Source: Geosiphon pyriformis uo1 (Eukaryota; Fungi; Glomeromycota). From it: a stretch of DNA of 64,000 nucleotides. The notes beneath the pieces are model-generated. The model did no database searches and was not told where the DNA came from. It saw only the letters and a program-made list of their open reading frames with translations. The DNA lies in the NCBI GenBank assembly GCA_016748015.1, contig JAAOMT010000135.1, forward strand, positions 571,960-635,959, written 5' to 3'. Of this stretch, positions 51,300 to 64,000 are shown one piece after another; positions within the stretch are counted from its first letter, which is position 1; every line of letters begins with the position of its first letter. Both the position numbers and the translations under genes were made by a program.

Positions 51300-53950
51300 A
51301 TAAAAAGTAAAATTTAACAAAATTAGTATTTATAAAATAATTTTGTTAAACTTGGATCTCATTTGTGTTTTTATTGGTATATTGAATGTTTCTATTATTG
51401 TTTTTATTAATGAAAAAATAATAGTAAAAAGAGGTAGTAATTTTTTTGGTTATTTGCAAAAGACCAGATTATAAAAGAAAAAAGTTTCCAATTTCACTGA
51501 TCTTAGTATTAATAAATATTATAATATAAAGCTTAAAGAACATATTTTCTAGCTTTTTTGAGATTATAATCTAATTTTTTTATTTTTATTTTTTTTTATT
51601 TTATCTAATTAACTTTTTTTATTCTTTATAATTCTTTTTTCTTGTCTGTTTTTTTCTAATTAAAAAGCTATTATATATATACATATTTTGAGTTAATATA
51701 TTATAATATTATTATTTTTGATTTTTGTTAATTTCTATTAAGTAATATTATTCTACTCTTAAGATTAAGCTCTATTAAAATTAATATGCATTTTTTTAAT
51801 ATTAATATCTAACATAAAAGTTTGTATACTTGTTTGAACTATTTATTCTTATAAGTTCTGGAATTTATTGTTAATAAGTTTTTTAATTTTATTAAAAATA
51901 AATATGTTTATTTTGTTTGTTAACAATACTTCTAAACAATATTAAAACAGCATATAGAATTGGTATACTATTCTAAAACAGTGCTTAAAGTTGTCTTTTT
52001 CAGTCAGTTTTTTAAACTTTTAAAGTTTTGTTTTGTTGATTTTATTGCTATTTTTTCTGGTGTAAATTGTTTGAAAGTCTAATTATATGGTTATTATGAA
52101 GTGTATATAACAAAAAAAAGCAAATAAGTTTTTTTCTTCTTTAAGCATTGTACTTCTTAAAAGCTGAAATTTTTTTATAATTTTATTAATCAATATGTCA
52201 ACATTTTTTCATTTCTTATGGTAAGAATTAAAACAAGTTATGTTGACTTGTTTTTTTATATGGCTGAATTTCTTTTTTTATATAATATTTCAGAATTATT
52301 AAAAGTAATTTTTAATAAAAAATTATTTTTTTGTAATAACTAAAATAAAAGTTGAGAAGTATTTATAATATTTTTAGGTATATTTATAATAAAATAAATA
52401 TTAAATAAATATTAAAATAAATTATTTTTATATATAAAAATTATAAAATTTTTTTAATAATTTAATGTTTTTAATTTTTTTAACTATTTTTGGAATTGTT
52501 TTAATTCTTTTTTAAATATTAATAATAATAATCCAAATATAGTTAATTGAATTAATTGTTTTTTAGGTAATGTTTAATGATTACTATTGGTTCTAAGTCT
52601 TATAAAATTTGGTCAGAAGACATAATTAGTATATGTATTCCTAATTTAAATGTTAATAAATCAGATAATTGTTATTAATAATAAATTTTTAATTGGTTAC
52701 TGTGTGCAAATTTTTTCAAAATTTTATTGCCTATTATTTAAGACATTATAAACATAGAAGAGTCTATCTTATTTGTTGTCAAATTTTTTACTTTATTGTT
52801 TTTTTGTTTTTGTTCAATATAATAAAACTTTGTTTTTTATTTTGTAAACAATAGATTGTTTTGAAAATTTGCTATTATGTTAAACTTTTTGTTGTTCTTA
52901 AGAGTATTTGATATTATTGATTATGCATTGGCAATTGTCTTTTGGTTTTTTTAATAGTTTATAAGCCTATTTTTTAATAGTTTTTTGTAAGTTGTTTTTA
53001 TTTATTAGTTCTGTTGGATAAATATTTATTATTAATTCTATAAGTAATATAGTATTTTTTTTGCATCCTAATTTAAATAGTGTAAATTTTGTAATATTGT
53101 GTTTTAGTATTTAATAAGTTAATAAAACTAAAAGAATAAATAAATCCAATTTTTATTCTATTTTATTGCTTATTTTTATCAGTAGTTTGTATAATATTTT
53201 ATTGAAACATTTTACTAATTTATTTGTCTGTAAATAATAAGATAATAAAAAAAATTATTTTATTCCGAAGAATTAACTAATTTTAACAAGCAAATTGTTT
53301 ACAAAATAAGTTTCTTAATTTAAGAGTAGCTTTTTTAGATAATCATGTTTATAGATTAAATCTTTATACACAAAATTAGCAATTGATTTAGTGTTTACAG
53401 TTTTAATAATCTTTGTTTCTGGCCATTTTGTTAAGTAGTCTATAACAACTACAATGTATCAATTCTATCTAGTAATAATAGTTAATAATTCTACTAGATT
53501 AATTTTTATTCTATCAAATAGTCTTTTTATTTTAATTAATTATAACAGTTTAATTATTTTTAATTCTTTCTTTTTTTGACATATATTGCAATTGTGAATG
53601 TATTAAATAATATTAATATATATTTTTGGCCAATAGTACAAACTAGTTATCTATTAAATTGTGGCTTTTTTTGCAAAATATTTTGTATTTGGATCTAAGT
53701 ATATGTTATAAAAAAGAATTTTTTTCTTAGTTTTGGTAATCACTTAAAATAGATTGTGTTAGTAGTATTAATATAATATATTGTTTTCAATTAAGTAATA
53801 TTTAGATTGTTTCTGAATTTTTATTTGTTTTTTTAATAATAATTTTGTTAATAATTAAAGAGTTATAAGATAATATATCAAGTATTGGTGTATTTTAATG
53901 TTTATTTTAATTGAATAATAGATAATTTTTGATAATTATGTATGTTACAA
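51300..53950 (-). mobile_element. Old, AT-decayed gypsy fragment, family D: LTR remnant to ~51748, ORF3 homolog, integrase; cut off by LINE copy 5
   Basis: 53340-53525 reads LFDRIKINLVELL...YIVVVIDYLTKWPETK..ANFVYKDLIYKH. GPY/F relic at ~52690-52775. ORF3-like segment at 51850-51980. Confidence 0.65.
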
Positions 53951-53953
53951 AGG

Positions 53954-56900
53954 ACTTCTTTCTCTCTTACCTCCAAAAATCCTCAAAAAAAGCATATTTT
54001 GAAAGAAGTTTTTTCTGTTATTTCATACTGTCTTCCATCATTTTACAAGAAACAAATCCTTTTGTTGTTGACCTGGATGCTCCCATGAATGGTACTGGTG
54101 CTAAAAAAAAGTCGACCAAAGTTTTAACTTCTGGTTCAGTTAGTAGTGGTTCAAGTCATAAGATCAAGAAACCTTCTGGTGGTGCTAAGTTATCAAGTAA
54201 TGGTGCAATTCTCAAAGGTAGTAGATTTGGTCAAGTGGTTGGACAGTTTAATAGCATGGGTACTAATGGAAAGGCTTCCAAAGGTAAAGGAGTATCTAAT
54301 TCCAAGATGAATACACCCCAAGCCAAATGTTTCAATAATGATGTGATTGTTGGCTCCCTCTTCGGCTCTATTAATTACGACATGAAGGAGGAAGAGGAGG
54401 TTTCTCTTTTCCCTTGTAAGTCTTTTTCTTTGGATAAGGCGTGGATTGATCCCAAAATCATTAAAACTCAGGTGGAAGTGGCTGTAAAAAAATCTTTTGC
54501 TTTGGACATCAATCTTTTGGCTGTGGAAGGGAAATTGGCAATGGCTAAAACTCATGTCATAAGAAAATTATTTTCAGGAATCAATGGTTTTGGGGAGGCT
54601 ACTACCCCCTCAAAATTTGAAGAGATCATCAGATCTATCTTCACCTCTAAAGCAAGCATAGAAAAAGCCGCCTTATTGGCCAGTGAAAATAACATTACAG
54701 TAAACAGTGATCTTAAGAAACAAGGAATTCACTCAGATTGGGCCGTAGTAATCAAGGAAATTCCCATGGATATGCCAAAAGAAATGATCATTACCACAGT
54801 ATCCAAGTTTGGACAAATTAAGTCAATCAAAATCCAACTTATTGGTTTATGGCAGAAGGCTGTAGTAGAATTCACCGAATTGGAACAGGCTGTGTCTTTG
54901 GCTGCTAAATGGTTTTTCCTAATTGGTAAAGACTCGGTTCATGTGGCTATAGCAGTGAGTAATCGTGATACTTGGGCTTCTAGAGATCAATTCAGGGCAC
55001 TTTTGTTTACTTTGCCTGTGGAAACAACTGCCCATGATCTCGGTAATTTGTTGGATGAGGCTGGTGAGAAAAGTTGCATAATCAACCATTTCTTGGAGAC
55101 TGGAAATAGGTTTTGCTGTGCTGTGGTTGGCTTTGAGTCTAATGAAGTACTGGAGTCTGCTTTTTACATGGAATCAATCCTTGGTGGTGTGAAGCTTTCT
55201 TAGACTAGATTGGATCTGGTTCAGTATGAGCAGTGTGGAAAATTTGGTCATTCTATTTTGGAGTGTGATGTTGAGGTCACTTCTACTTCTAAATCTTCCA
55301 AGTCTTTTAAAAGAGTTGTTTTTAATAAGAACCGCCTTCAGTTGGCCTAATTGTATGTGAAAAAAGGTGTGCCTATTGCTCGACTGGTTGCTTTTGGTAG
55401 CAAATCATGGGCCCAAATAGTCTCTCTTGTACTCTCGTCTAATAATTCTCACTTTGGTTTTGATCCTGGTTTTGGCTCTCTTTCTTCTGGTGCCTCAGGT
55501 GTGATTGGTCCCTCTCCTCATATGGTTCTTGCTAATACATCTTTGGAGACTTGTCTTGCTTCTTTGGAGCATTCTGTGGAGCTTCTTGTGGATAAGGTGT
55601 CTGGTATTGTGAGTAAACTTGAAAATTTGGTCTTGGTGCCTCCAGCTCTTGCCTTTTCCTCTTGGAATTTGGTGGTCCCAGTTGTGACAACTGTAAAGAT
55701 TGATTCGGACATGACTCTAGATGATCTTAAGTCAGTACTTCTTCTCTCCTCTTTGGTTTCTTCTAGTACTTCAGAATTAGGTTCAAGTAGTTCAAAAATT
55801 TTAACCTCAAAGGTGGGCTGTTTGAAGTCAAAGTTGATGGTCCTTGAGGTTTTGGTTTGTTTGGTTTTGGAGAAGTTTGATCAGATATGTGCTGGCTCAA
55901 GTTCTGTGGTTTTTTCTTTATCTTAATAAGTAGTTTCATTTGGAAAATAGCTACGTGCAATATTAGAGAAATGAATAATCTTTCTAAGCAAGCTGACATT
56001 ATTTGTTGGCATATGAGCATGAACAATATGGTATCAATAGTTACAGAAATGAAGTTAAAGGGTAAAGTTCATTCATGGATTGCTGATAAGTTTGCTGGTG
56101 TTCGGGTTTTTATTTCTGGTTTGGATTTGGGTCATCTCAGTTCAGGTGTGGCTATTATTATGAATATTGCTCTGGCCAAACATGTGTGTAAAGTTTTTGA
56201 AGTCTCTGGTCATCTTATTTCTGTCAGGTTACTTTTTAAGAATAAACTCTCAGTCTCTATTTTAGGTCTGTATGCTGACATGTCAGCTTTGGTACATTTC
56301 TCTTAGGCTGATGATGTGAATGCTTTAATTGCTGGTGCTGTGAATAACTCCTTCTTCATTGTCTTGGGTGGTAACTTCAATGAAGATGATTTGCATAAGA
56401 GTGCCAGTTTCAAAAAGTGTGGTAGCTTGGGTCTGGTCAACTCTCTTGTCAGTAGTCCGTTTTTAAAGTTTCTAACATGGAATAATTCCCGGGGTGTGAC
56501 AAAAACAATTGATTATCTTTTCATGTCTCCCAACTTGATGAATGCTATTGTGGATCGCAATATTCTGGATGTGGTCAATTTCTTTAATACTGATTACCAA
56601 GCCGTTTCTGCATCAATTGGTTTGGGTGGTCTCTTGAACACACAATTGTGTTCTATTTGTAAACAGGCTAACAAGGACTGCTAGAAATACAATTATAATA
56701 CCACTAATAATGCTTTGTGGTCAAAGTTTAAGGATGAAACAGTGGCTAATGCTACTATGTTCTCTGTTGATTTTATGGCTGCCAGGGAACTGTTGGATTT
56801 GGATGTAATATGAGATGCTGTTCGCAAAACTATGTGCTTTTCAGTAAATGAAGTACTCAAGAAAAAATGGTTTAAAGATTATGATGGCGTTTTCACTAAG

Positions 56901-59900
56901 CATTCATTCAGGTTTCATAAGTTAGAACTTTTAGTGTCTAAATTAGTCAAGGCTTTCCATTCTGTTGATTGTGATGAGTTCGTATTGCTGCTTGATACTT
57001 GGGAATCACTTGATTCTGCTAATGCTGCTGTAGTGAGGTCTCTTTTTTTCTCGAAGTCTCCTTTTAATGACATTCACTTAGCTTTGTCCAAAGCCAGAAA
57101 ATCTTATCATGCCTTAAAGTTGTCAGAAGCAAAACATACTGAAGCTTCACAAATCAAATCTGCTATTGATAAGAGGATAGAAAACTTTGAATCTAACAAA
57201 GGTCATACTATTAGAAGTGTTTTAGAGAAGTCCTTTCGCAAGGTGGTTTTGGATCATTTGGTCATTGGTAATGAGCTGTATTTGGAACCTGGTCCTGTTA
57301 AAACTAAGATGGATGAGATTATGGAGGAATGAACTTGTAAACGTGGAGTGGTTTTTGATATTCCGGGAGATTGGTCTCGCCAATATCAGCCTTTGGAATA
57401 TGTTTTTGATGGTGTTTTTTCTGATGTTATGAGCTGTGTTAGTTTTGATGAAATGTTTGGCATGGTCTCTAACCTATCTGATGAAAAGGCAGCTGGTCTC
57501 TCAGGCATCTCAAATGAACTTTGGAAGCATTGTGACAAATCTGTTCTTGATATGCTTTTAGTGCTTATCAATTTTTGTCTCTGTAGTGAATCAGTGCTTG
57601 GTGCATAGAAGAATGTCTGAATATCAATGATTCCCAAATCTTATGAATGAGAAAGTGTGCTTACAAACACTCGTCCTATTGTTCTGATTGAGACAGCTTG
57701 AAAAATCCTTTCTAAGATTCTCTTTGATAAAATTTCTTTGGCATATAGCAAGTTTAACATTCTTCGTGGGGACAATTTTTCAGTTCTCAAAGGCACTATG
57801 ACTCAATCTCCCATTTTTGCAATTGGTTTGGTAATTGAAAATGCTCTTGAAAAAAACTGAGAGCTCTGGCTGGTTTTGCAAGACATACGAAAAGCATATG
57901 ACTTGGTTGGTTGGGAACATTTTAAAAAAAGTTTGGTTAAAATAAAAATGTGCTGCAAGTTTATTAGGTTTTTTGGAGATATTCATGGTGGTCATACCAA
58001 CCGGGTTATGACTGATTTTGGGTTGACGAATGGTTATCATGTATCACGATGGCTTGGACCAAGGGAAGGTGTTTTTGCCTCTTCTCTGGCATATATTTTA
58101 TGATTCTTTTTGGTGCAAAGTTAAGAGGCAGAAGAGTGTGTGTGGTTATAGGTTAATTTCTCATTTTGTTACTAAGACGGACTGTATAGAGTCTCAGACT
58201 GGATTGTCATCTTTTTTTGCTGCTGGCACTTTTGTAGATGATACAATCTGGGTGGGTAGCAGTCAGGCTGCTACTCAGCTCATTCTTAATGTGGCTAGTG
58301 AATTTTTCTGCATCAATAATATTTCTATTAATAATGATAAGACAGTGGTCATTCTGATTAATATCTGTGCCAGTGTATCTTCTCTTTTCATCAGTGGGTC
58401 CCCCATTTCTATAGCCAAATCAGACAAATCACATCATTATCTGGGTATCTTTTTGTTATCTGAAGGACTGTCAAAGCCCAGCCTGGCAAAAGTGCATTCA
58501 GATGTTTGTTTTTTTACCAACTTAGTTCTGAGGAAGGCTGTATTGGACAAACAGTTTTTATATTTGGTGTCTGCTGTTCTTCACTCTATCATCAGTTATA
58601 GAACTCAATTTAGTTTTGTTCCTGTTAGTGTGTGTAACAAGTGGGATGCTTTGATTTATAAAGGCTTGAAGTTCAAATCTGGATTGCCTCTTAATTTTCC
58701 TAGTGATATGATTCATCACCTTTCTTTTTATGGGTTGAAATCTTTTGCCCAAATTCAATTGGAAAGTAAAGTCGCTTCTCTTATTTGTTTTGTGAACTCA
58801 ATTGAGATCCTGGGTTGCCTATTCTCCCACAGGTCTCATGATTTACAAGTTTTGTGTTGGCGCCCTGTTCATCCTTTAAGCATTCCTGTTTGTGTTCAAG
58901 TCAGCCCTTTGAATAACTTCTTGGCAGGTGTTGTTCGCATTTTTCTCGATTGTAATTTATCTTTGAGTGGTTTTTTTGATAGTCCATTTTGGCTTCGTGG
59001 TGAGATGCCCATGTTTGCCATTCTCAGTAAGTCTAGATTTATCAAGTTCCTTCCTTTACTCCAGCGATATGATATTGCCTTTGTTAATCAACTCCACAAT
59101 TAACATGGTGCTGTGTTTGACTGGTACAAATTCAAGCAGTAGAAGAGATTGGACCCCCGTGGTCTGACTCCTGAGTGGTTTGTGCTTTCTATTGAATTCT
59201 TTCTTGGTACATCTTCTCTTTGTGCCCCTCTTTCTGCTTTGGTTGGTAAGGGTCTTCAAAATATTCTTGACTCTCCTGGCTCTGTGTTGGTTCGTGATCA
59301 GCTTTCCTGAGTTCTTCCTGGTAACATTTCTGTTTATATGGATGGGTCTCTGATGAACTTTAGTACTGAGAATTGCGCAGCTGGAGCTGGAGTTTTTTTC
59401 AGTGACATTAATCTGGGTTTGGGTGTTGGTGTTTTAAGTTTGTTGTCTTCTACTTTGGCAGAAATACAAGCTATTGTGCTGGCACTGGAGTGTATCCCCC
59501 ATTCTAGTTCTGTTCATCTGTTCTTTAATAGTCAAGCTGTTCTGAATGCCTGTAAGTCAGAACTAGATTTGGTCTGTCCAGATTTTTGCAATCATTGTTG
59601 GGTCAAACACCAGCTTGTTGTGAACATTATTTATAGCAAGAATTTGAGAGTGGAATGGCACAAGGTGAAAGATCACTCTGGTATGGTTGGAAATGAATAT
59701 GCAGATGTTATTGCTGGGGCTTCTTCTCACTCTGGCTGGTTCTTTTCTTTACAATTGAATGTGCACTTCTTGTTGGTAGATGGTGGTGTTGTTTCTGGCA
59801 ATTCTAGACATTTTGTTCATGATATTTTTTGTTCTGTTTGTCGTGTGCACTGGAAGATTGGTTCTGATTCTAAATTTTTGCCTACCAGTTTGCTTGCAGA

Positions 59901-60649
59901 CATTGATTAGTTCTGCTCCTCACTGGTATGGCATCCTGATTCACATATGGCCGCTGGCCACACTAGCAGGCCCACAGTGGATGCACGCACTTTTTTTATG
60001 AAGGCATTGCACCACTGGCTGTCTATTGCTTTTTGAAAACACCTGTATAACAGACAGTACTCTAGCATATTGTGCTTATATTGTAGTGAGGTGGAGACAT
60101 TGGATCATGTTTTCTCTTGCGAGATTGATAACTCTGTGTGTCTTCAGATACTGAATACATGTTCAAAATCTTGGATGACACTTTCTGGCCTATCTCTCTC
60201 TTCTTCCTGCATGCTGCAATTGTTGTCTTTTTGTGCCTCTGATGTTTCTGTGTCTATGGCTCTCTTTAAAGGATTTGTTTTTAGTGAATGGTTTTGTGAG
60301 GCTGTCTCTGTTTTTAAGGCCTCCAAGGTTGCTAGTTCGAATATTGTTGAGTTTGTGCATTCTCTTGGTCTCACTTTCAGAAGTAATATTTGGTTAATTT
60401 GGATTAAACATCGTGTATTTATAGAAAGGAATAATCTCATTCCACTTAACGGTTCATTTCCTATCTCAATCTCTGGCTCAGCTTTTAGGTTCTCAGCTGG
60501 CATTGTTAGGCTACTTGGCATGGCTGATACTCTTGGTATTTGTTTTGGTTTTTGTAAACATTGTTCTTTCTTTTCTGGTATTGGTAATTCTGTTTTGGTA
60601 CATATAGCTGCATAGTGTTGTTTTGATCAATCTGAATGGCTGGTCACGT
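53954..60649 (+). mobile_element. LINE copy 5: full length, inactivated; 3' UTR interrupted by an LTR element
   Basis: 5' motif ACTTCTTTCTCTCTTACCTCCAAAAATCC shared with copy 4. ORF1 to ~55929. ORF2 has APE, RT (FVDDTIW), RNase H and CLYC..DHVFSC, with stop at 60615. Confidence 0.92.
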
Positions 60650-61637
60650 TGTTACCGGAGGTTTTTGGTTTCTTTTCTGTAATGTTGTTGATACTTATTT
60701 GCTGTGAATTCACATTTTCTGGATGTGGTTGAACCTCCAATAACTGAATTTATCTTCAAATTATCTCCTATAATTTGAACTGCTGGGCTTATAAGTGGAA
60801 TAACCAATTCCTTGCCAGTTACTTTATGTAATTACATTGTAGTAAACGTCAACTCTTTCCCAGGAATTGCTTGTTTGGAAGCTCACTAAAATGTATAGTT
60901 ACTTTGCTGTGAAAGTCAACTCTTCTACAGAAATCTCGTCTGTAAGCTACCTTAATAATTGTAATAAGAAAAATAAAAGAAAACTAAAAGAAATGTAAAA
61001 GAAATAGAATTTTGTCAAGGGAAATGTTTTCTATCCAGGCCTGAAGTCATTAACAGTTTACTGAAATTGGTAGCTAATCAATTTCGAAATGTTAGTTGGG
61101 TTTTTTTGGGGGGTTTTTTCAAGTACAATAATTAAAGAATTTGGTTTTTCAAATTATTTGATATTTTATTTCTTTTTGTGTGTATAGAAACGGTTTTTAA
61201 GAGATAAATCTAAAAAGTAAGATACATTTTCTCAAAGAGAGAAGCTCTTCTTTTATACAACTTGTTGTAATACTATTCTATGAACTTGAACTTTCCTATT
61301 TTCTACAATTTCGCTGAACTAAAGATACATTTTGGCGAACTACAAGTTATTTTGGCAAACTATTAGATATTTCAGTGAACTATCAATTATTTCGGCAAAT
61401 TACTACAAATTTTGGCAAACTTCTGAATGTTACATAGTTCGGGGTATTGCATGATTGATCATTGCAATTAGGTTACATTTGTGTTGTGTACAATTTGGGT
61501 TATTAATTAAATGATAATTTCAGACATTTTTGCTAATATAATAAGTAATCATTTGAAATGATAATATATGCTAATTAATGATAGGAATTATAAGATAATT
61601 TCATGCTAAATAATATCTCTAATTTCGTCTGGTAACA
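60650..61637 (-). repeat. 3' LTR of the deleted family A copy
   Basis: TGTTACCGG...TGGTAACA. Homologous to the other four family A LTRs and retains more CpG. Confidence 0.93.
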
Positions 61638-61787
61638 TAACCTCCTCCTCAAGACTGAGTTCCGTCGAAGTCCAAGTACTGTCTGTTATTTCCAGATAAT
61701 AATCCAAAATTATTGAAGAAATTTGGTCTGAAAATTGTTGAAATTTCAGTTCTGTGTGTTAAGGGCTATATTAACTGGAACTGTGAA

Positions 61788-62235
61788 TCATCCAGTTGAA
61801 CCAAAACCTTGGGTTCTTCTATCGCTTTTTTCTAATTGTTCTCTTTGATTGACTAGTTGCAAACCCGAAATGTTGATTAAGAGTAGGTAAATAGCTTGGG
61901 CAATTTTTTCAGCATGTTCAATCTTAAATGGTTTGTCAGTTTCATTTTGAAGCATCACTGTTATGTCTCCAGTATATCCAGCATTGATTATTCCTCCTCT
62001 GATATTGATTCCTTTGCTTGCCAGAGAGGACCGGGAGGCAATTTGAACCATTGCTCCTGGCAGGATTTTGAGTGCAATTTTGAGGTTGATTTTTGTGAGA
62101 GATTTGGGTTTGAGAACAAGAGTATCCTTGCCTGGATATCTTAGGTCATATCCAGCATCAATTTTGTGTGCTTTTTTGGGTTTTATTTCTTGTCCGTTGT
62201 TGTTGAAGTATTTAAGTTGTAAGGCAGGCTGATTT
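61788..62235 (-). CDS. dut: dUTPase domain, second copy, with the recognisable motifs in one open frame (part of a polyprotein)
   Basis: DAGYDL, ASRSSLA, GIINAGYTGDI, KIAQ, RRTQGFGSTG in ORF 61788-62375. Some substitutions at conserved sites (D>N, G>R) are consistent with G-to-A decay. Confidence 0.85.
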
Positions 62236-64000
62236 TCAATAAGGTAGATGAGTGTTGTTTTAATTTCTTCCGTTTCTTCAGGTTTTCCAAATTTAATTTC
62301 ATTCTCATCATTTTTGCTGGGCAAGGGGATACTAAGAGCATAACATTCAGGACACCATTGTTCATTGCAAGGCATAATGCATTCTTCACATAGTCTAATG
62401 TTTATTTGCTCTAATCATTGAATTTGAGCTTCTTGGGTCGGGTAGGTGTGACTTGCAATTTGGTGGTAGACTTCTACTTCATCTTTGTAATCAAATCCAG
62501 CTAATTCTATAGTGTATTCAATGTATTTTGCTTCCTTCATTTGACGAACATCTTCCTTGGTAGCTCCATTAATTAATGCTATTGCTAAGTCAAAAATTAT
62601 CTCGGCATCATGAGGGTAGTGATAAAGTTTGTTGAGAGCACTGTTGTATGCTGCATTAAAGAGTGTTTCTCTTTTTACTTTTTCTGAAATTGATAAAGCA
62701 TATTGGCAGGTCTGATTGCAGACACCTCCTCTCATTGCTACATCAATCCAATTGCATTCTTCTGGTAGCATATCTCCACAAGTCAAACAAGGGGTGTTGT
62801 CCCATTTTCTGCTCCTTTTTATTAGATGGCCCTATCACTCTCTGTGACAAGCCTTGCAGTAATAACAAGTATGATTCTCATATTCTTCTTCAGGTGAAAT
62901 GCAGGCTTCCATTGATGATAGTTTCTTGTGGCAGTCCTTACATTTAAGGGGAATATAGGGGCATTGTTTCCTTGGTTCGGGTTTTGAGTAAAGTATATTC
63001 CATCCAGAGGTTTCGGGTTTAGTGTGTGGGGTAAAATGTTCTTGTTTTGTTTCATTGGCCCAGTTGGACGTTGATCCAAGAGCCATGAATGTTTCGATTA
63101 TTGGTTTTTCTTCTTCTGGTTCAAATTCAAAAGCTGGGGCTTTTTCAGAGCATTTGTTGAATGTACCACAAATGACAGGTACCCAGGCGTGTTGTCCTTG
63201 GTAGGAGATTGTTAACTTTTGTGTTTCCCAATTCAGATTAGCATTTGCTTTTTGAAGCCAATCATTTCCGACAAGAGCTTGGTACTGGAGTGCGTCCATT
63301 ACAAGAACTTTGACTGGAATGATGATTCCATTAAGAGTAAATGAAAATTTGTCAATTTCTCCTACTGGGGTCTTTTTCATGCCATCAGCAGTGACAATTA
63401 CTGTTTGAGCTGGTCGGTCAACATTTTTTTTCAACTGTTGCATTAACTGGTAAGTAATAATGCTTCCAGCGGATCCACTGTCTAGAATCAAGCAAATTGG
63501 CTTTTCTTCTACTTCAGCTTCTGTGTACATTGCAGTGATGGCTTTTTGCTCATTAGCCGCTGTATTGCTAAGCAAGAATGGTGATTCATTTGCTTCAAAT
63601 TCAAAAGGAAAGATATCAGAGAGATTGGCATTTTCAGCAATTTGGGCTGGTGGAATAGTGGTGTGGTTATGAGAAGGGTTTCGTTGTTGTTGTGCTGCAG
63701 CTCTACTTTCCGAGAGTGCAGTATGGTAAAAATCCTGTTCTTCCGGCATTGTTAAATAACTGGGTTGAGTGTGGTAATGGTTGGGTCTTGGTTGAGTGGT
63801 ATTTCGGGGAACCAATTGGTTGTTCGAACTGATTCTACTGTTGTTTACTTGGTATCGGTTTTGTGGTGTGAATTGATTTTGTGTAATCAGTCTTTGAGCA
63901 GGTGCTTGATAATGTTGTGTGGGTGGTTGTTGGTATTGCTGTTGGATTGGTTGTGGGGTGGGCTGATAATAGTTATTTTGGTATTGGGGTCTTGGTGAAT

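Larger units (their letters stand above)
60650..64000 (-). mobile_element. Gypsy family A sister copy with an internal deletion of RT-RH-IN and most of ORF3; runs off the right edge
   Basis: 3' LTR 60650-61637, PPT, last ~40 codons of ORF3, junction at ~61752-61758, then dUTPase (61788-62235), Cys module, protease LILDSGSAGS and gag C-terminus. Confidence 0.92.

Noticed and set aside
61309-61421. Regularly spaced repeats as a CRISPR array (also 1214-1352)
   Set aside because: Units are 9-20 nt, lie inside LTRs and lack unique 30-40 nt spacers. There are no cas genes and the context is eukaryotic.

Overview
Eukaryotic, very AT-rich DNA that is about 90% retrotransposon. Short GT-AG introns and the repeat families suggest an early-diverging fungus, probably Glomeromycotina/Mucoromycota (inference; resembles Geosiphon-type repeats). 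There is one host gene: a 14-exon RNA14/CstF-77 gene (6322-11096, +, 1155 aa) in a CpG-retaining island of about 5.5 kb. The rest is nested, C-to-T/G-to-A-decayed retroelements. (i) At least six copies of a two-ORF LINE (ORF1 with CCHC knuckle; ORF2 APE-RT-RNaseH-Zn finger) whose ORFs overlap at AUGA. (ii) Ty3/gypsy LTR elements of several families: one full-length copy (25350-35191, -), one internally deleted sister (60650-end), two solo LTRs and older relics. The best candidate for an undescribed system is the gypsy architecture. It has gag-PR-[Cys-rich module]-dUTPase-RT-RH, an apparently separate integrase ORF, and a conserved non-env third ORF of about 225 aa that runs through the PPT into the LTR, with homologs in three divergent families here. 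Its 4-bp target sites appear CpG-centred, and the two youngest insertions lie at ACGT in LINE 3' UTRs. RNA14 intron 1 also has a candidate autoregulatory intronic poly(A) site. All coordinates and alignments were worked out by eye; no database searches were run.
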